From an uncultured Pseudomonadota bacterium (lineage in GTDB: Bacteria; Myxococcota_A; Polyangia; Fen-1088), in contig CAWKBC010000014.1 of the NCBI GenBank assembly GCA_963847705.1, forward strand, positions 64,001 to 128,000: a stretch of 64,000 nucleotides of DNA, in the 5' to 3' direction. The position numbers and the translations under genes were made by a program. Shown piece by piece: positions 1-9,333 of the stretch. Position 1 is the stretch's first letter, and each line of letters begins with the position of its first letter. Below the pieces are notes generated by a model. That model was not told where the DNA came from, did not search any database, and was given only the letters and a program-made list of their open reading frames with translations.

Positions 1-298
1 GGACCTTCTCGGCCTCCTGCTGCCGCTTGCTGGCGGCGCCCAGCTTCCGCTCCTCGATCTTGTCTGCCAGCATCTGGCGGGCGATGAGCCGGTTGGCCCC
101 CTGCGTCCGCTCGCGCTGGCACTTCACGGCGATGCCGGTCGGCCGGTGCACCAGCACCACGCAGGTGGCGACCTTGTTGACGTTCTGGCCCCCCTTGCCG
201 CCGGAGTGGACGAAGCTCTCCTCCAGATCCTCGGCGCGCACGCCGAGCCGCGCCAGTCGCTCCTCCAGCGCGCGGGCCCTGTCACCGGAAAGCGGCAT
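1..298 (-). CDS. Peptide chain release factor-like protein (RF-1/GGQ domain, ArfB/C12orf65-like ribosome rescue factor), 3' end outside window
   Basis: Not in ORF track; manual translation MPLSGDRARALEERLARLGVRAEDLEESFVHSGGKGGQNVNKVATCVVLVHRPTGIAVKCQRERTQGANR contains GGQNVNKV. Confidence 0.85.
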   Translation of the reverse strand, partial: MPLSGDRARALEERLARLGVRAEDLEESFVHSGGKGGQNVNKVATCVVLVHRPTGIAVKCQRERTQGANRLIARQMLADKIEERKLGAASKRQQEAEKV

Positions 299-485
299 GG
301 TCGCGCCAGAGTCTATCTCGCGCGTTCAAAAATTGTCGGGCACCCGACAATCTTCCACGAGGCTCTCCGACTTCAGGTCACCGTTTGCGGAAGCGCCATC
401 AGACCGTTTTGAGGTCGGCACTTTGCGGCGCAGCCGTGCGTGTTACCGATGGCCGTCGCTGAAAACTTCTTCGCGGAGGCTGCTC

Positions 486-2573
486 ATGGCTACGGATCGC
501 AGGTCGTTCCTCCAACTCCTCGGCGCCGGTGCCTTCGCCGGCTCGTTCACCGCCAGCATCAAGCGCGCGTTGGCCATCCCGGCTCACAATCGCACGGGGA
601 CCATCGCCGACGTCGAGCACATCGTGTTCCTGATGCAGGAAAATCGCTCCTTCGATCATTACTTCGGCACCCTGCGGGGCGTGCGCGGCTTCGGTGATCC
701 CCGCGCGGTCAGGCTCCCTTCGGGCGATCCGGTCTGGAACCAGCCGAACGGCGCCACGCCCGTGCTCCCGTTCCATCCGACGGCGCCCGACCTGGGGCTG
801 CAGTTCCTCGAGGATCTGCCGCACGACTGGAAGACCACGCACCTCGCCTGGAACGGCGGCAAGTACGACGGCTGGGTTCCCAACAAGGGGACCAGCACGA
901 TGGCCTACCTGACCCGAGAAGACATCCCCTTTCACTATGCGCTGGCCGACGCCTTCACCGTCTGCGACGCCTACCACTGCTCCTTGCTCGGCCCGACCGA
1001 TCCCAACCGCTACCACATGTGGACCGGCTGGGTCGGCAACGACGGCAAGGGCGGCGGGCCGGTGCTCGACAACGCCGAGGCTGGCTACGACTGGTCGACC
1101 TACCCCGAGATCCTGCAGTCCGCGGGCATCTCCTGGAAGGTCTATCAGGACGTCGGCGAAGGGCTCGACGCCGCTCATTTCTGGGGCTGGACCGACGACA
1201 ACGCCTTCATCGGCAACTACGGCGACAACTCGCTGCTGTATTTTCACCAGTACCAGAGCTCGAAGCCGGGCAGCCCGCTCTATGAAGGGGCGCTCCGCGG
1301 GACCAACATCTCGCAGAGCGGCGGCCTGTTCGATCAGCTGCAGGCGGACGTGAGCGCCAACAAGCTGCCGCAGGTCTCCTGGATCGTCGCCCCCGAGGCC
1401 TACTCGGAGCACGGGAACTGGCCGTCCAACTTCGGCGCCTGGTACGTCTCGCAGGTGCTCGACACGTTGACCTCGAACCCCGCCCTCTTCAGCAAGACGG
1501 CGCTGTTCCTGATGTTCGACGAGAACGACGGCCTGTTCGACCACATGGTGCCGCCCACCCCGCCGCAGTCGCCCGCGGAGGGGCAGTCGACCGTCGACAC
1601 CACGAACGAGGTGTTCGCCGGCAACGCCGACTTCGCCGCCGGACCGATCGGCCTCGGGGTGCGGGTGCCGATGGTCGTCATCTCTCCCTGGAGCAAGGGC
1701 GGGTGGGTCAGCTCGGAGCTGTTCGATCACACCTCTCTGATTCAGTTCATCGAGCAACGGTTCGGCAACGGAGGGAACGCCCATCTCCGGGAGAACAACA
1801 TCACCAAGTGGCGGCGGGCCGTGACCGGCGATCTGACCTCGGCCTTCAACTTCAAGACGCCGAACGACGACCCCTTTCCGCTCCCCAGCACCGCCGCCTA
1901 CCTGCCGCCGGACCACAATCGGCACCCCGACTACAAGCCGGCCGTGCCGACCCAGCAGTCGGTCCCGCCGCAGGAGCCGGGCCTCCGGCCGGCCCGCCCG
2001 GTCCCGTACGAGCTGCAGGCGGTCGGCGAGGCTGATTTCGACTCGGGGAAAGTGAAGATTCACTTCGCCAACACCGGAAAGGCGGCCGCTGTGTTTCAGG
2101 TGCGTCCCGGGAACGACGGTGATGGCCCCTGGACCTACACCGTGGGTGCCGGCGACGACCTCAAGGAGAAGTGGAACTTCCGCGCCAGCAACGAGACGAG
2201 CTACGACCTCACGGTCTATGGGCCGAACGGCTTCATGCGCGCGTTCAAGGGCGCCCTCGCCGGTCCCGGCAAGGCCAGCGTCGTGGTGAAGACGGTCTAC
2301 GAGCCGGAGCACGACGCCGTGACACTGGAGATTCAGAACGTGGGCGGCCGTCTGGACAACCTCCGCATCGCGAACGCCTACACCGGCGCGCACACGGTGG
2401 ACGCCCTGGCGCCGGGCGACACGCTCAGCCGCCGTTTCGTGCTGGACCGATCCTTCGGCTGGTACGATCTGACGCTCACCGTCGACGCGGATCGCGGCTT
2501 TCAGCAGCGGTTCGCCGGCCATCTCGAGACCGGCAAGGAGAGCGTGAGCGACCCGGCCCTCGGCGGCGTCTGA
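486..2573 (+). CDS. Phosphocholine-specific phospholipase C (PlcN/PlcH phosphoesterase family), Tat-exported
   Basis: Tat signal MATDRRSFLQ; motifs MQENRSFDHYFG, GPTDPNR, FDENDG, DHTS; C-terminal DUF756-like repeats; GGAGG before ATG 486. Confidence 0.92.
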   Translation: MATDRRSFLQLLGAGAFAGSFTASIKRALAIPAHNRTGTIADVEHIVFLMQENRSFDHYFGTLRGVRGFGDPRAVRLPSGDPVWNQPNGATPVLPFHPTAPDLGLQFLEDLPHDWKTTHLAWNGGKYDGWVPNKGTSTMAYLTREDIPFHYALADAFTVCDAYHCSLLGPTDPNRYHMWTGWVGNDGKGGGPVLDNAEAGYDWSTYPEILQSAGISWKVYQDVGEGLDAAHFWGWTDDNAFIGNYGDNSLLYFHQYQSSKPGSPLYEGALRGTNISQSGGLFDQLQADVSANKLPQVSWIVAPEAYSEHGNWPSNFGAWYVSQVLDTLTSNPALFSKTALFLMFDENDGLFDHMVPPTPPQSPAEGQSTVDTTNEVFAGNADFAAGPIGLGVRVPMVVISPWSKGGWVSSELFDHTSLIQFIEQRFGNGGNAHLRENNITKWRRAVTGDLTSAFNFKTPNDDPFPLPSTAAYLPPDHNRHPDYKPAVPTQQSVPPQEPGLRPARPVPYELQAVGEADFDSGKVKIHFANTGKAAAVFQVRPGNDGDGPWTYTVGAGDDLKEKWNFRASNETSYDLTVYGPNGFMRAFKGALAGPGKASVVVKTVYEPEHDAVTLEIQNVGGRLDNLRIANAYTGAHTVDALAPGDTLSRRFVLDRSFGWYDLTLTVDADRGFQQRFAGHLETGKESVSDPALGGV

Positions 2574-2639
2574 GCGCCGGCGCCCAGAGGCGCGTGGCCG
2601 ACCCGAACGGCGCGGCTGGACAACCGGCGGCGGGAGAGC

Positions 2640-3980
2640 TCAAAGGCTGCTCCAGCCGCCGCCGATGCCGAACGGACGGCCGATGGCGAAGCCGGCGGCG
2701 ACGCGGGCGCGCTTGTCGACGACGCCCCACACGCCGACCGCTGGCCCGCGCTCGGTGAAGGCGTGCGGGTAGATGTTGAAGTGGATGAAGTAGTCGTCGA
2801 CGTTGGTGATCTGCAGCGAGGCGAGCAGGGAGTTGTGCCGGTCGAGGAAGATCGCGCCGGTCGGGACGAAATTCACGACGTTCTCCACGCTGTGGGTGGC
2901 AGTGTTGGTGAGGTGGATGACGGCGCCGCCCGCCGAGGCCGAGAGGGAATATTCGTCGTCCAGGGCGAAGGAGAGCCCCCCGGTGGTCGCCTCGCCGTAC
3001 CAGGCGAAGAGCGAGAGCCGCCGGTAAAAGGGGAGCGCCCACTTGGCCGCAAAGTAGTTCCCCACGTTGTGCAGCTCGCCGTTCGGCAGCGTGAACGACG
3101 GCTGCAGCGACCAATCGGCGATGACGACCGTGTGGCTGAAGAACCGGTTCGGCCAGTCGAAGCTGAAGAGGATGATGCCGCCGATGTCGAAGACCCAGAT
3201 GTCGGCGATGCAGTCGGTGTTGAACCCGACGAATCCCTTGTTCTCGAGTGACTCGTTGACGAACGCCGACGCCATCAGCGTCACCGCCGAGAAGACGCGC
3301 GGGGCGGGCACATCGTAGTCCTCGAACCATTCACGCAAGGAGGTGTAGGTCATGCCGCCGCCGATGAGGTGGAGGCTGTAATTGGGCGTCCAGCGGGCGG
3401 TGCTCTGGGTGAAGCTGAGCGGGAAGATCTCCTCGGTCAGAAAGGTCTTCCAGCCGTCGGCGGAGATGGCGGGGAACGGATTGGCGATGTTGCGGGCGAC
3501 GTTCCCCAGGTTGGTCCGGTAGTCGAAGGTGAAGATGTTGCGGCCGGCGACGTGATCCTGAAGGACGTCGTAGCCGCGGTTCACAAACACCCAGAGCGGG
3601 CTGTAGAGCGCCTGGCTGCCGTAGTCCAGACCGAAATAGAAGTAGCGCGGCTTGGCGGGCGGAACGAGCTGCGGGGCGGGCGGAACGAGCTGCGGGGCGG
3701 GCGGAACGAGCGGCGGGGCGGGCGGAACGAGCGGCGGGGCGGGCGGTGCCAGTGGCGGCACCAGCGGTGGCACCAGCGGGGCTGAAGGGTTCGACGTCGG
3801 CGGAGGCGGGTTCAACGCTGGCGGCGGACGGTCGCTTTCGGGCGAGCTCTGGGGAGCATCCTCAGCCAGCGCGGGACTGCCCGCTGCGAACATCGCGCTC
3901 AGCAATCCCCCAAGAACGCAGCCGCGGGCTCCCCGGCGGCGGCCAGCTCTCGGGTTCCTTCTGCATGGGACGGCGGGCAT
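2640..3980 (-). CDS. Hypothetical exported/outer-membrane protein with Pro-rich linker
   Basis: Signal-like segment then LVPPAPP repeats and an aromatic-rich domain; start uncertain (ORF extends into upstream repeat array). Confidence 0.65.
   Translation of the reverse strand: MPAVPCRRNPRAGRRRGARGCVLGGLLSAMFAAGSPALAEDAPQSSPESDRPPPALNPPPPTSNPSAPLVPPLVPPLAPPAPPLVPPAPPLVPPAPQLVPPAPQLVPPAKPRYFYFGLDYGSQALYSPLWVFVNRGYDVLQDHVAGRNIFTFDYRTNLGNVARNIANPFPAISADGWKTFLTEEIFPLSFTQSTARWTPNYSLHLIGGGMTYTSLREWFEDYDVPAPRVFSAVTLMASAFVNESLENKGFVGFNTDCIADIWVFDIGGIILFSFDWPNRFFSHTVVIADWSLQPSFTLPNGELHNVGNYFAAKWALPFYRRLSLFAWYGEATTGGLSFALDDEYSLSASAGGAVIHLTNTATHSVENVVNFVPTGAIFLDRHNSLLASLQITNVDDYFIHFNIYPHAFTERGPAVGVWGVVDKRARVAAGFAIGRPFGIGGGWSSL
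3654..3746. repeat. Coding 21-bp tandem repeat, about 4.4 copies (LVPPAP[PQ])
   Basis: ggcgggcggaacgagc(t/g)gcgg repeated. Confidence 0.85.
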
Positions 3981-4040
3981 CGCGCGGAACGAGAGTACAG
4001 CGCCCCGCCCACCCTGCGCTGCAACCGAACTGCGCCAGAT

Positions 4041-4278
4041 CGCGTGAGCGGAAGACGGCTTGGCCGGCTCGAGCTCTTCGCGGGGGGCACGGGACCCTTT
4101 CAGGGTCCCGCCAGATCTCGCGTGAGCGGAAGACGGCTTGGCCGGCTCGCGCTCTTCGCGGGGGGCACGGGACCCTTTCAGGGTCCCGCCAGAATCCCGC
4201 GTGAGCGGAAGACGGCTTGGCCGGCTCGCGCTCTTCGCGGGGGGCACGGGACCCTTTCAGGCCTTTCAGGGTCCCGCC
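4041..4278 (+). repeat. Three tandem ~78-bp copies of structured intergenic element, family 1 (REP-like)
   Basis: Units start at 4041, 4119, 4198: cgcgtgagcggaagacggcttggccggctcg(a/c)gctcttcgcggggggcacgggaccctttcagggtcccgcc; hairpin GGGACCC-tttca-GGGTCCC; third copy has a short internal duplication in that hairpin. Confidence 0.9.
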
Positions 4279-6387
4279 TTAATAAAACGCGACGTTCTCC
4301 ACGGTGAAGTTGGCGGCGCAGGAGCCGCCGTCGGCGCCGGTCGGCGCGCTCAGCTGCCACTCCACATCGACGAGGGTCGCCGGATCGAGCTTGGCGATGG
4401 GAGAGCCGGCCGTCAGCGCCGAGAAGGGGACCTTGATTGTCGTGGCCGTCCCCGGAACCACCGGCGCGAGAGGGCCATAGCAGGTGGAGTCGGTCCCGGG
4501 GCAGGAGCCCTGCTCCGGAGCGTCGGCAGGACTGGTGTCGCCGCTGAACGACGCACCGAAGGCGAGCGCGCAGCCGCCCAGATCGCCGGCGAAGTCGAAC
4601 TGGACGCCGGTGTACATCGTCGCGTCGATGCAGCTGCTGCCGCCAAAGAACAGCCCCGCCCCCGCCCAGTTTCCTGAGATCGGCGGGTGAAAGCCGCCAG
4701 TAATTTGAAGCCCTGCGCCGTCGGGCGTCAATGCCACGGTGGGCGCCGTCTGCCCTGGCGCCGCGTAGCTGTACGACTGCCAGGCCGTTGCGCCCGAACC
4801 GAAGGTCACCACCCCCGCCGCCCCGGAAGCGCCCATGGTCGTGATCGCGGGGCTCGACAGGACCAGTTGCGGACAGACGACCGCTCCGTCGACGGCGCAC
4901 GAGGTTCCCGGCGTCTTCCCGGCCGCGCCGCCGCTCCCTTGGCCTCCACCGTCGCTGAAAGTGGGTTGAGCCGTCTTGCCAGGCGAGAGGCCTTGTGGGC
5001 CGCTGCCAGTCTCCCGCTGCGCCTCGCTGTAGACCCAGGCGGCGGCGGACCCGTGATTGGGGATCTCGACGGCCCCGATCGAGACCGGCGGCAAGACGAA
5101 GGTGACCGGCGACGGCGCGGTCGTCAGTCCGGTGACCGAGAACGCGAGCGGCGCGGCGGATTGGTTCCAGTTCACCAGGATGATCTCCGTCGTGTCGTCG
5201 GCCTGATTGCGGCTGGCGTAGGCCTTCACGCCGGCGGGCGCGGAGGTGACGTCCACCAGGGTCGGGCCGAAGTGCTCGGCGAAGAGCGCATAGGCGTAGT
5301 ACTCGGGCCGCGGCGTGTGCGCGGGGGCCGGTCCGATCAGCCCCAGCGCGTAGCCGTCGTCGTCGCTGATGTCCCAGACCGCCGAGGTCCAGAGCCCCAG
5401 CTCGTTGGCGGTCCCCAGGCCGTCGGCCAGCCAGAGCGCCGAGCCCACCGTCCCCGGCGACGCGTCGAGCACGCAAAACGTCCCGTCGTAGACGATGTTC
5501 ATCTCGGTGAGCGCCAGCGGCTTGGCCCCCTGGCCGGTCGCCTGAAGGATCCCTCGGACCGAGGTCATCACATTGCGGAAGTTGGCGGCGTCGGCGGCGG
5601 CCGCTCCCAGCGACGCCGACGCCGCCTCGAACGGATAGCGATGGATCGAGACGACGTCGAAGAGATCGCCGCAGCCGGTGAGGATGGGGGTCAACCAGTC
5701 GTTGGCGCCGCCGCCCGCCTGGTACTTCCAGGAGAGGTCCGGCCCCACGATCTTGATGGTGGGGTCGACCGCCTTCATCGCGGTGACGTAGGCCCGGGCG
5801 GTCGTGCAGTAGTCGGCCGCCGTGTAGCCCGGGATCGCCGGCTGCGTCGGATCGGCCACCAGCCCTTGCGACGCGTAGAGGTCGGGCTCGTTGCCGATCG
5901 AGAAGTATTTGAGCCCGTAGCCTTTGGTGACGTTGCCGTAGGTGACCATCCCGGCGGCGGTGGCGGCCGTGGGTGGCTTGCCGCTGATGTCCGCCAGCAG
6001 CGGGACTTGAATGATCGGCTCGGCCCCGATGGCGCGCGCGTAGGTCACCGCGGTGTCGAACGCGGCGTCGTCGAACGGATCCTGGGTGTTGGCGTCGTTG
6101 TTGTAGCCGCCGACGCGCATCACCGTCGGCTTGAGCGCCGCCGTCAGCGTGTCGGTGCCGGTGACGTCGTCTCCAAAGGCGGGCATCCAGAGCCAGTAGT
6201 TGACCCCGGTGGCCGTCGTCCGCGGCGTGCGCGTCGCGGTCGAGACGACGAGCGGGCTCGCGGCGACGCCCGCGTCGGCACCACCGTCGCTGCTGGCGGG
6301 GTGGACGCCGCTGCCGCAGCCCCCAAAGAGCGTGGCGACGAACAGCATCGAGATCCCGCCACCCAGCACGCCGCTCGTTCTCTTCAT
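4279..6387 (-). CDS. Lipoprotein glycoside hydrolase, clan GH-A (GH44/51/79-like), with C-terminal carbohydrate-binding-like domain
   Basis: Lipobox FGGC; YFSIGNEPDLY acid/base and PLALTEMN nucleophile-type motifs; linker then beta-sandwich-like domain. Confidence 0.75.
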   Translation of the reverse strand: MKRTSGVLGGGISMLFVATLFGGCGSGVHPASSDGGADAGVAASPLVVSTATRTPRTTATGVNYWLWMPAFGDDVTGTDTLTAALKPTVMRVGGYNNDANTQDPFDDAAFDTAVTYARAIGAEPIIQVPLLADISGKPPTAATAAGMVTYGNVTKGYGLKYFSIGNEPDLYASQGLVADPTQPAIPGYTAADYCTTARAYVTAMKAVDPTIKIVGPDLSWKYQAGGGANDWLTPILTGCGDLFDVVSIHRYPFEAASASLGAAAADAANFRNVMTSVRGILQATGQGAKPLALTEMNIVYDGTFCVLDASPGTVGSALWLADGLGTANELGLWTSAVWDISDDDGYALGLIGPAPAHTPRPEYYAYALFAEHFGPTLVDVTSAPAGVKAYASRNQADDTTEIILVNWNQSAAPLAFSVTGLTTAPSPVTFVLPPVSIGAVEIPNHGSAAAWVYSEAQRETGSGPQGLSPGKTAQPTFSDGGGQGSGGAAGKTPGTSCAVDGAVVCPQLVLSSPAITTMGASGAAGVVTFGSGATAWQSYSYAAPGQTAPTVALTPDGAGLQITGGFHPPISGNWAGAGLFFGGSSCIDATMYTGVQFDFAGDLGGCALAFGASFSGDTSPADAPEQGSCPGTDSTCYGPLAPVVPGTATTIKVPFSALTAGSPIAKLDPATLVDVEWQLSAPTGADGGSCAANFTVENVAFY

Positions 6388-6586
6388 GCTCTCTCCGATC
6401 TGGTCGATGTCACGGCGCAAGGACTCAGCAAGGCCCGGGCCAGGCGGATCTTCGCGCGTTCGGGCCGATCGCCCTCACGTCCGACGCGCGCCGGACGTCC
6501 AAACAGGGCTCCGGACGTCCGGAGGTTGCGTCCGCAGGCAGGCTTGCCGATACTCCGTCGGCGCCTCGGGGGCGCAGGAGGCTTTG

Positions 6587-7201
6587 ATGCGAGGAGCGAG
6601 CTTGGTCTCGGCGTTGGTCTTGATGATGGGCGTCGGCATCGCCTGCTCGAACGAGAAGCCGCCGGAGCCACCGGCGGCGCCCGCCGCGCCTGCGCCGCCC
6701 CCGCCCCCCGCACCGCCGCCCGCGCCCAAGATGGTCGCCAACCCGGACGGCCTGTCGCTGGCCGACCGGATCGCCAAGCGCCAGGCCGCCGAGAAGAAGC
6801 TGGCCGCCGAGCTGGCGGGCGAGGAGCAGAAGCGCCTGCTCGCCTACGACAAGGGGAAGCTGCCGCTGCACAAGGAGGTGTTCGCGGCGATCAAGAAATA
6901 CCGCGCCGCCTACGACCACGCGAAGACCAAGGAGGACGTGGAGAAGGTCCGCGTCAAGCAGGAGAAGGCGCTGGAGGCGACCGGCAAGAAGATGGCGACG
7001 ATCGACCCCAAGGGGGGAAATTCGAACGTCGTCACCGATTACGACGTCATGCTGAACGCCATCGCCAACGACTACCCAGACGCGCTGGAGCTGTCGTTCG
7101 CGGGCGACAAGAAGCCCCTCGAGGAGCAGACGGCGGAGCTCGACAAGCGGTCCAAGAAGATCGAGGACTGGCTGGCCGAGCTCAAGTCGGCCAAGAAGTA
7201 G
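6587..7201 (+). CDS. Hypothetical lipoprotein (Pro-rich linker, helical domain)
   Basis: GGAGG RBS; signal ending GIAC; strong codon bias. Confidence 0.75.
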   Translation: MRGASLVSALVLMMGVGIACSNEKPPEPPAAPAAPAPPPPPAPPPAPKMVANPDGLSLADRIAKRQAAEKKLAAELAGEEQKRLLAYDKGKLPLHKEVFAAIKKYRAAYDHAKTKEDVEKVRVKQEKALEATGKKMATIDPKGGNSNVVTDYDVMLNAIANDYPDALELSFAGDKKPLEEQTAELDKRSKKIEDWLAELKSAKK

Positions 7202-7225
7202 CGACTGAAGAAGTAGCGCCCAGAT

Positions 7226-7297
7226 CGCGTGGGCGGAGCGAGGCTCTGCCTCGCAGAGCCCGTCGCGGGAGGGTTTGGGACCCCTCCAGGGTTTCCA
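7226..7297 (+). repeat. Single copy of family-1 structured element between convergent genes
   Basis: cgcgtgggcggagcgaggctctgcctcgcagagcccgtcgcgggagggtttgggacccctccagggtttcca aligns with the 4041 unit. Confidence 0.75.
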
Positions 7298-7298
7298 T

Positions 7299-8330
7299 CT
7301 AGATTGTGACGGTCGCTTCGTCTTCGCTCGCGGCGGGCGCGGCGGCGGTCTTGTCTTGGTCCTTGGCCTCGGCCCTCTCGTCGAGGACCTTCTCCAGGAA
7401 CTCCTTGGCGGCTTCGGTCCAGACGTCGCCGTAGGTCTGCGTGTAGAGCAGCGCCTCCTCGAGCGAGCCCGGGCGCGCGCCGGCCACATTCTCCACGCGG
7501 CGTCGAACCCGGCCGAGCAGCGCCTTTCCGTAGTGGGCGTTGGCGTCGAGCGCCGCGCCGAGCGCCGCCCGGGCCTTGGCCTCGTCGCCAGCCGCGAACT
7601 GGGCCAGCGCCATCCCCAGCGCGGCGCGTCCCTTGCCTTCGTCCGTCTTGGTGGCCGGCTCCAGCAGCGCCACCGCGTCGGCCGGCCGCTCCAGCTTCAT
7701 GAGCGCCTTGGCGGCGATGAGGCGCGCCTCGATGCCGACGCTCCCCTCGTCGATCGAATGAACGCGCGCCAGATCCGTCACCGAATCCTCGTAGCGCTCC
7801 TCGTCGTAGGCGAGGCAGCCGAGCGCGTGCGCGGCCCGGATGAACGGCTGCGCCTCGGGCTTGCTGAAGGCGTCCTTGACGCCGTCGGCGCGCAGCTTCT
7901 CCGCCTGCGCTTCGCCACCTTTGAGCACGACGCCCAGCTCCTCTTTGGCCCCCTCGGCGTTTCCAGCCGCCAGGCGCGCCATCCCGATGCCGACGTGCGC
8001 GTCGGCCAGGTTGGCGTCGATCGCCAGCGCTGCGCGGAACTCCTTCTCGGCAGCACCCGGGCGGCGCTGCTCGAACAGGCGCCAGCCTTCGGCCACATGC
8101 TCGGGCGCGTCCGGGGCGACGACCGGCGGCACCGTGGCCTGCTCGTCGGCGGCCAGGTGACACTTCTTGTACTTCTTCCCCGAGCCGCAGGGGCAGGCGT
8201 CGTTGCGCCCGGTGGCGGCGAGGCGCGCGCGCGCCTGCTCCGGATCGGCCGTCGTCTGAGCCTGATCGGCCTTGGCGTCGGCCTTGGTGGATTCGTCCTT
8301 CTTGCTGGCGGCGGGGGCGGTCTTGGTCAT
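7299..8330 (-). CDS. SEC-C motif plus TPR protein
   Basis: GRNDACPCGSGKKYKKCH followed by TPR-like helices; alternative start at 8402. Confidence 0.85.
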   Translation of the reverse strand: MTKTAPAASKKDESTKADAKADQAQTTADPEQARARLAATGRNDACPCGSGKKYKKCHLAADEQATVPPVVAPDAPEHVAEGWRLFEQRRPGAAEKEFRAALAIDANLADAHVGIGMARLAAGNAEGAKEELGVVLKGGEAQAEKLRADGVKDAFSKPEAQPFIRAAHALGCLAYDEERYEDSVTDLARVHSIDEGSVGIEARLIAAKALMKLERPADAVALLEPATKTDEGKGRAALGMALAQFAAGDEAKARAALGAALDANAHYGKALLGRVRRRVENVAGARPGSLEEALLYTQTYGDVWTEAAKEFLEKVLDERAEAKDQDKTAAAPAASEDEATVTI

Positions 8331-8429
8331 TTGTCGGTCTTCCGTTGTTGCTGAAGCTTCCGTTGTTTCTGGCGCTTCCGTTCTTGCTGGGGACGGGACC
8401 ATACCCTAAAAATACCGTTGGAGATCATC

Positions 8430-9248
8430 ATGCTGCCGCTCGAGGGACGAACGATCGCGCTCCCCGAGTCGCGCGAGCTGGACCGCCTGGCTGAGCTGGT
8501 CGAGCACGACGGCGGCAAGGCGCTGCGCTGCCCGCTGGTGTCGATCCATGACGCCCCCGATCAAGGGCCTTCGGAGGCCTGGCTGCGCGCGCTCTGCGCT
8601 GGCGAGCTCGACGACGTCGTCTTTCTCACCGGCGAGGGGCTGCGGCGTCTGCTGGCGACGGCCGAGCGCCTCGGCGTGCGCGAGGCGGTGGTGGCGGCGC
8701 TCGGGCGCGTGCGCAAGGTGACGCGCGGGCCGAAGCCGGCGCGCGCGCTGCACGAGATTGGTCTGGCCTCCGATCTGGCGGCGCCGGTGCCGACCTCGGC
8801 CGGCGTCATCGACGCGCTGGCGGCGCTCGATCTGCGCGGGCGCCGGGTCGGCCTCCAGCTCTACGGCGAGGAGCCCAACCGTCCCCTGGTCGAGGCGCTG
8901 GAGCGCGCGGGCGCGACCGTGCGCACCGTGGCGCCCTACGTCTATGCGTCCGCCGCCGACGCCGCGGCGGTCGTCGCGCTCATCGACGCGCTCGACGGCG
9001 GGAAGGTCGACGCGGTCGCCATCACCAGCGCCTCGCAGGTCGATCGCCTGTTCCAGGTCGCGGTCGACGCCGGCGCGGAGGCGCGGCTGCGGGCGGCGCT
9101 GGCGCGCGCCTGCGTGGCGGCCATCGGCCCGATCGTCGTCGAGACGCTGGAGAAGCGCGGCGTGCGCATCGACGTGGTCCCGGAGAAGGGCTTCGTCATG
9201 CGGCGGCTGGTGAACGCCCTCGCCGAGGCGCTCGGCCCCAAGGTGTAG
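8430..9248 (+). CDS. hemD: Uroporphyrinogen-III synthase
   Basis: VVFLTGEG, RGPKP, VAPYVY, ITSASQV, AAIGP motifs. Confidence 0.85.
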   Translation: MLPLEGRTIALPESRELDRLAELVEHDGGKALRCPLVSIHDAPDQGPSEAWLRALCAGELDDVVFLTGEGLRRLLATAERLGVREAVVAALGRVRKVTRGPKPARALHEIGLASDLAAPVPTSAGVIDALAALDLRGRRVGLQLYGEEPNRPLVEALERAGATVRTVAPYVYASAADAAAVVALIDALDGGKVDAVAITSASQVDRLFQVAVDAGAEARLRAALARACVAAIGPIVVETLEKRGVRIDVVPEKGFVMRRLVNALAEALGPKV

Positions 9249-9327
9249 GCCGCCTCCGGGCGGCACGTCGTCGGGCATGGTTCGCCTGCGCTCACCATTG
9301 CCTTTACGACAACGACCTCCTGGCGCC
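9247..9327 (-). repeat. Dispersed intergenic element, family 2
   Basis: Reverse strand aggcaatggtgagcgcaggcgaaccatgcccgacgacgtgccgcccggaggcggcct closely matches the copy at about 56295-56348. Confidence 0.8.
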
Positions 9328-9333
9328 GGGGAC

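Noticed and set aside
4041-4278. Tandem array as a CRISPR
   Set aside because: Units are near-identical along their whole length with no unique spacers, and no cas genes are present.
4687-7302. Long antisense or alternative-frame ORFs here and throughout the window
   Set aside because: Arg/Gly/Ala-rich with no motifs; expected from stop-codon scarcity at high GC.
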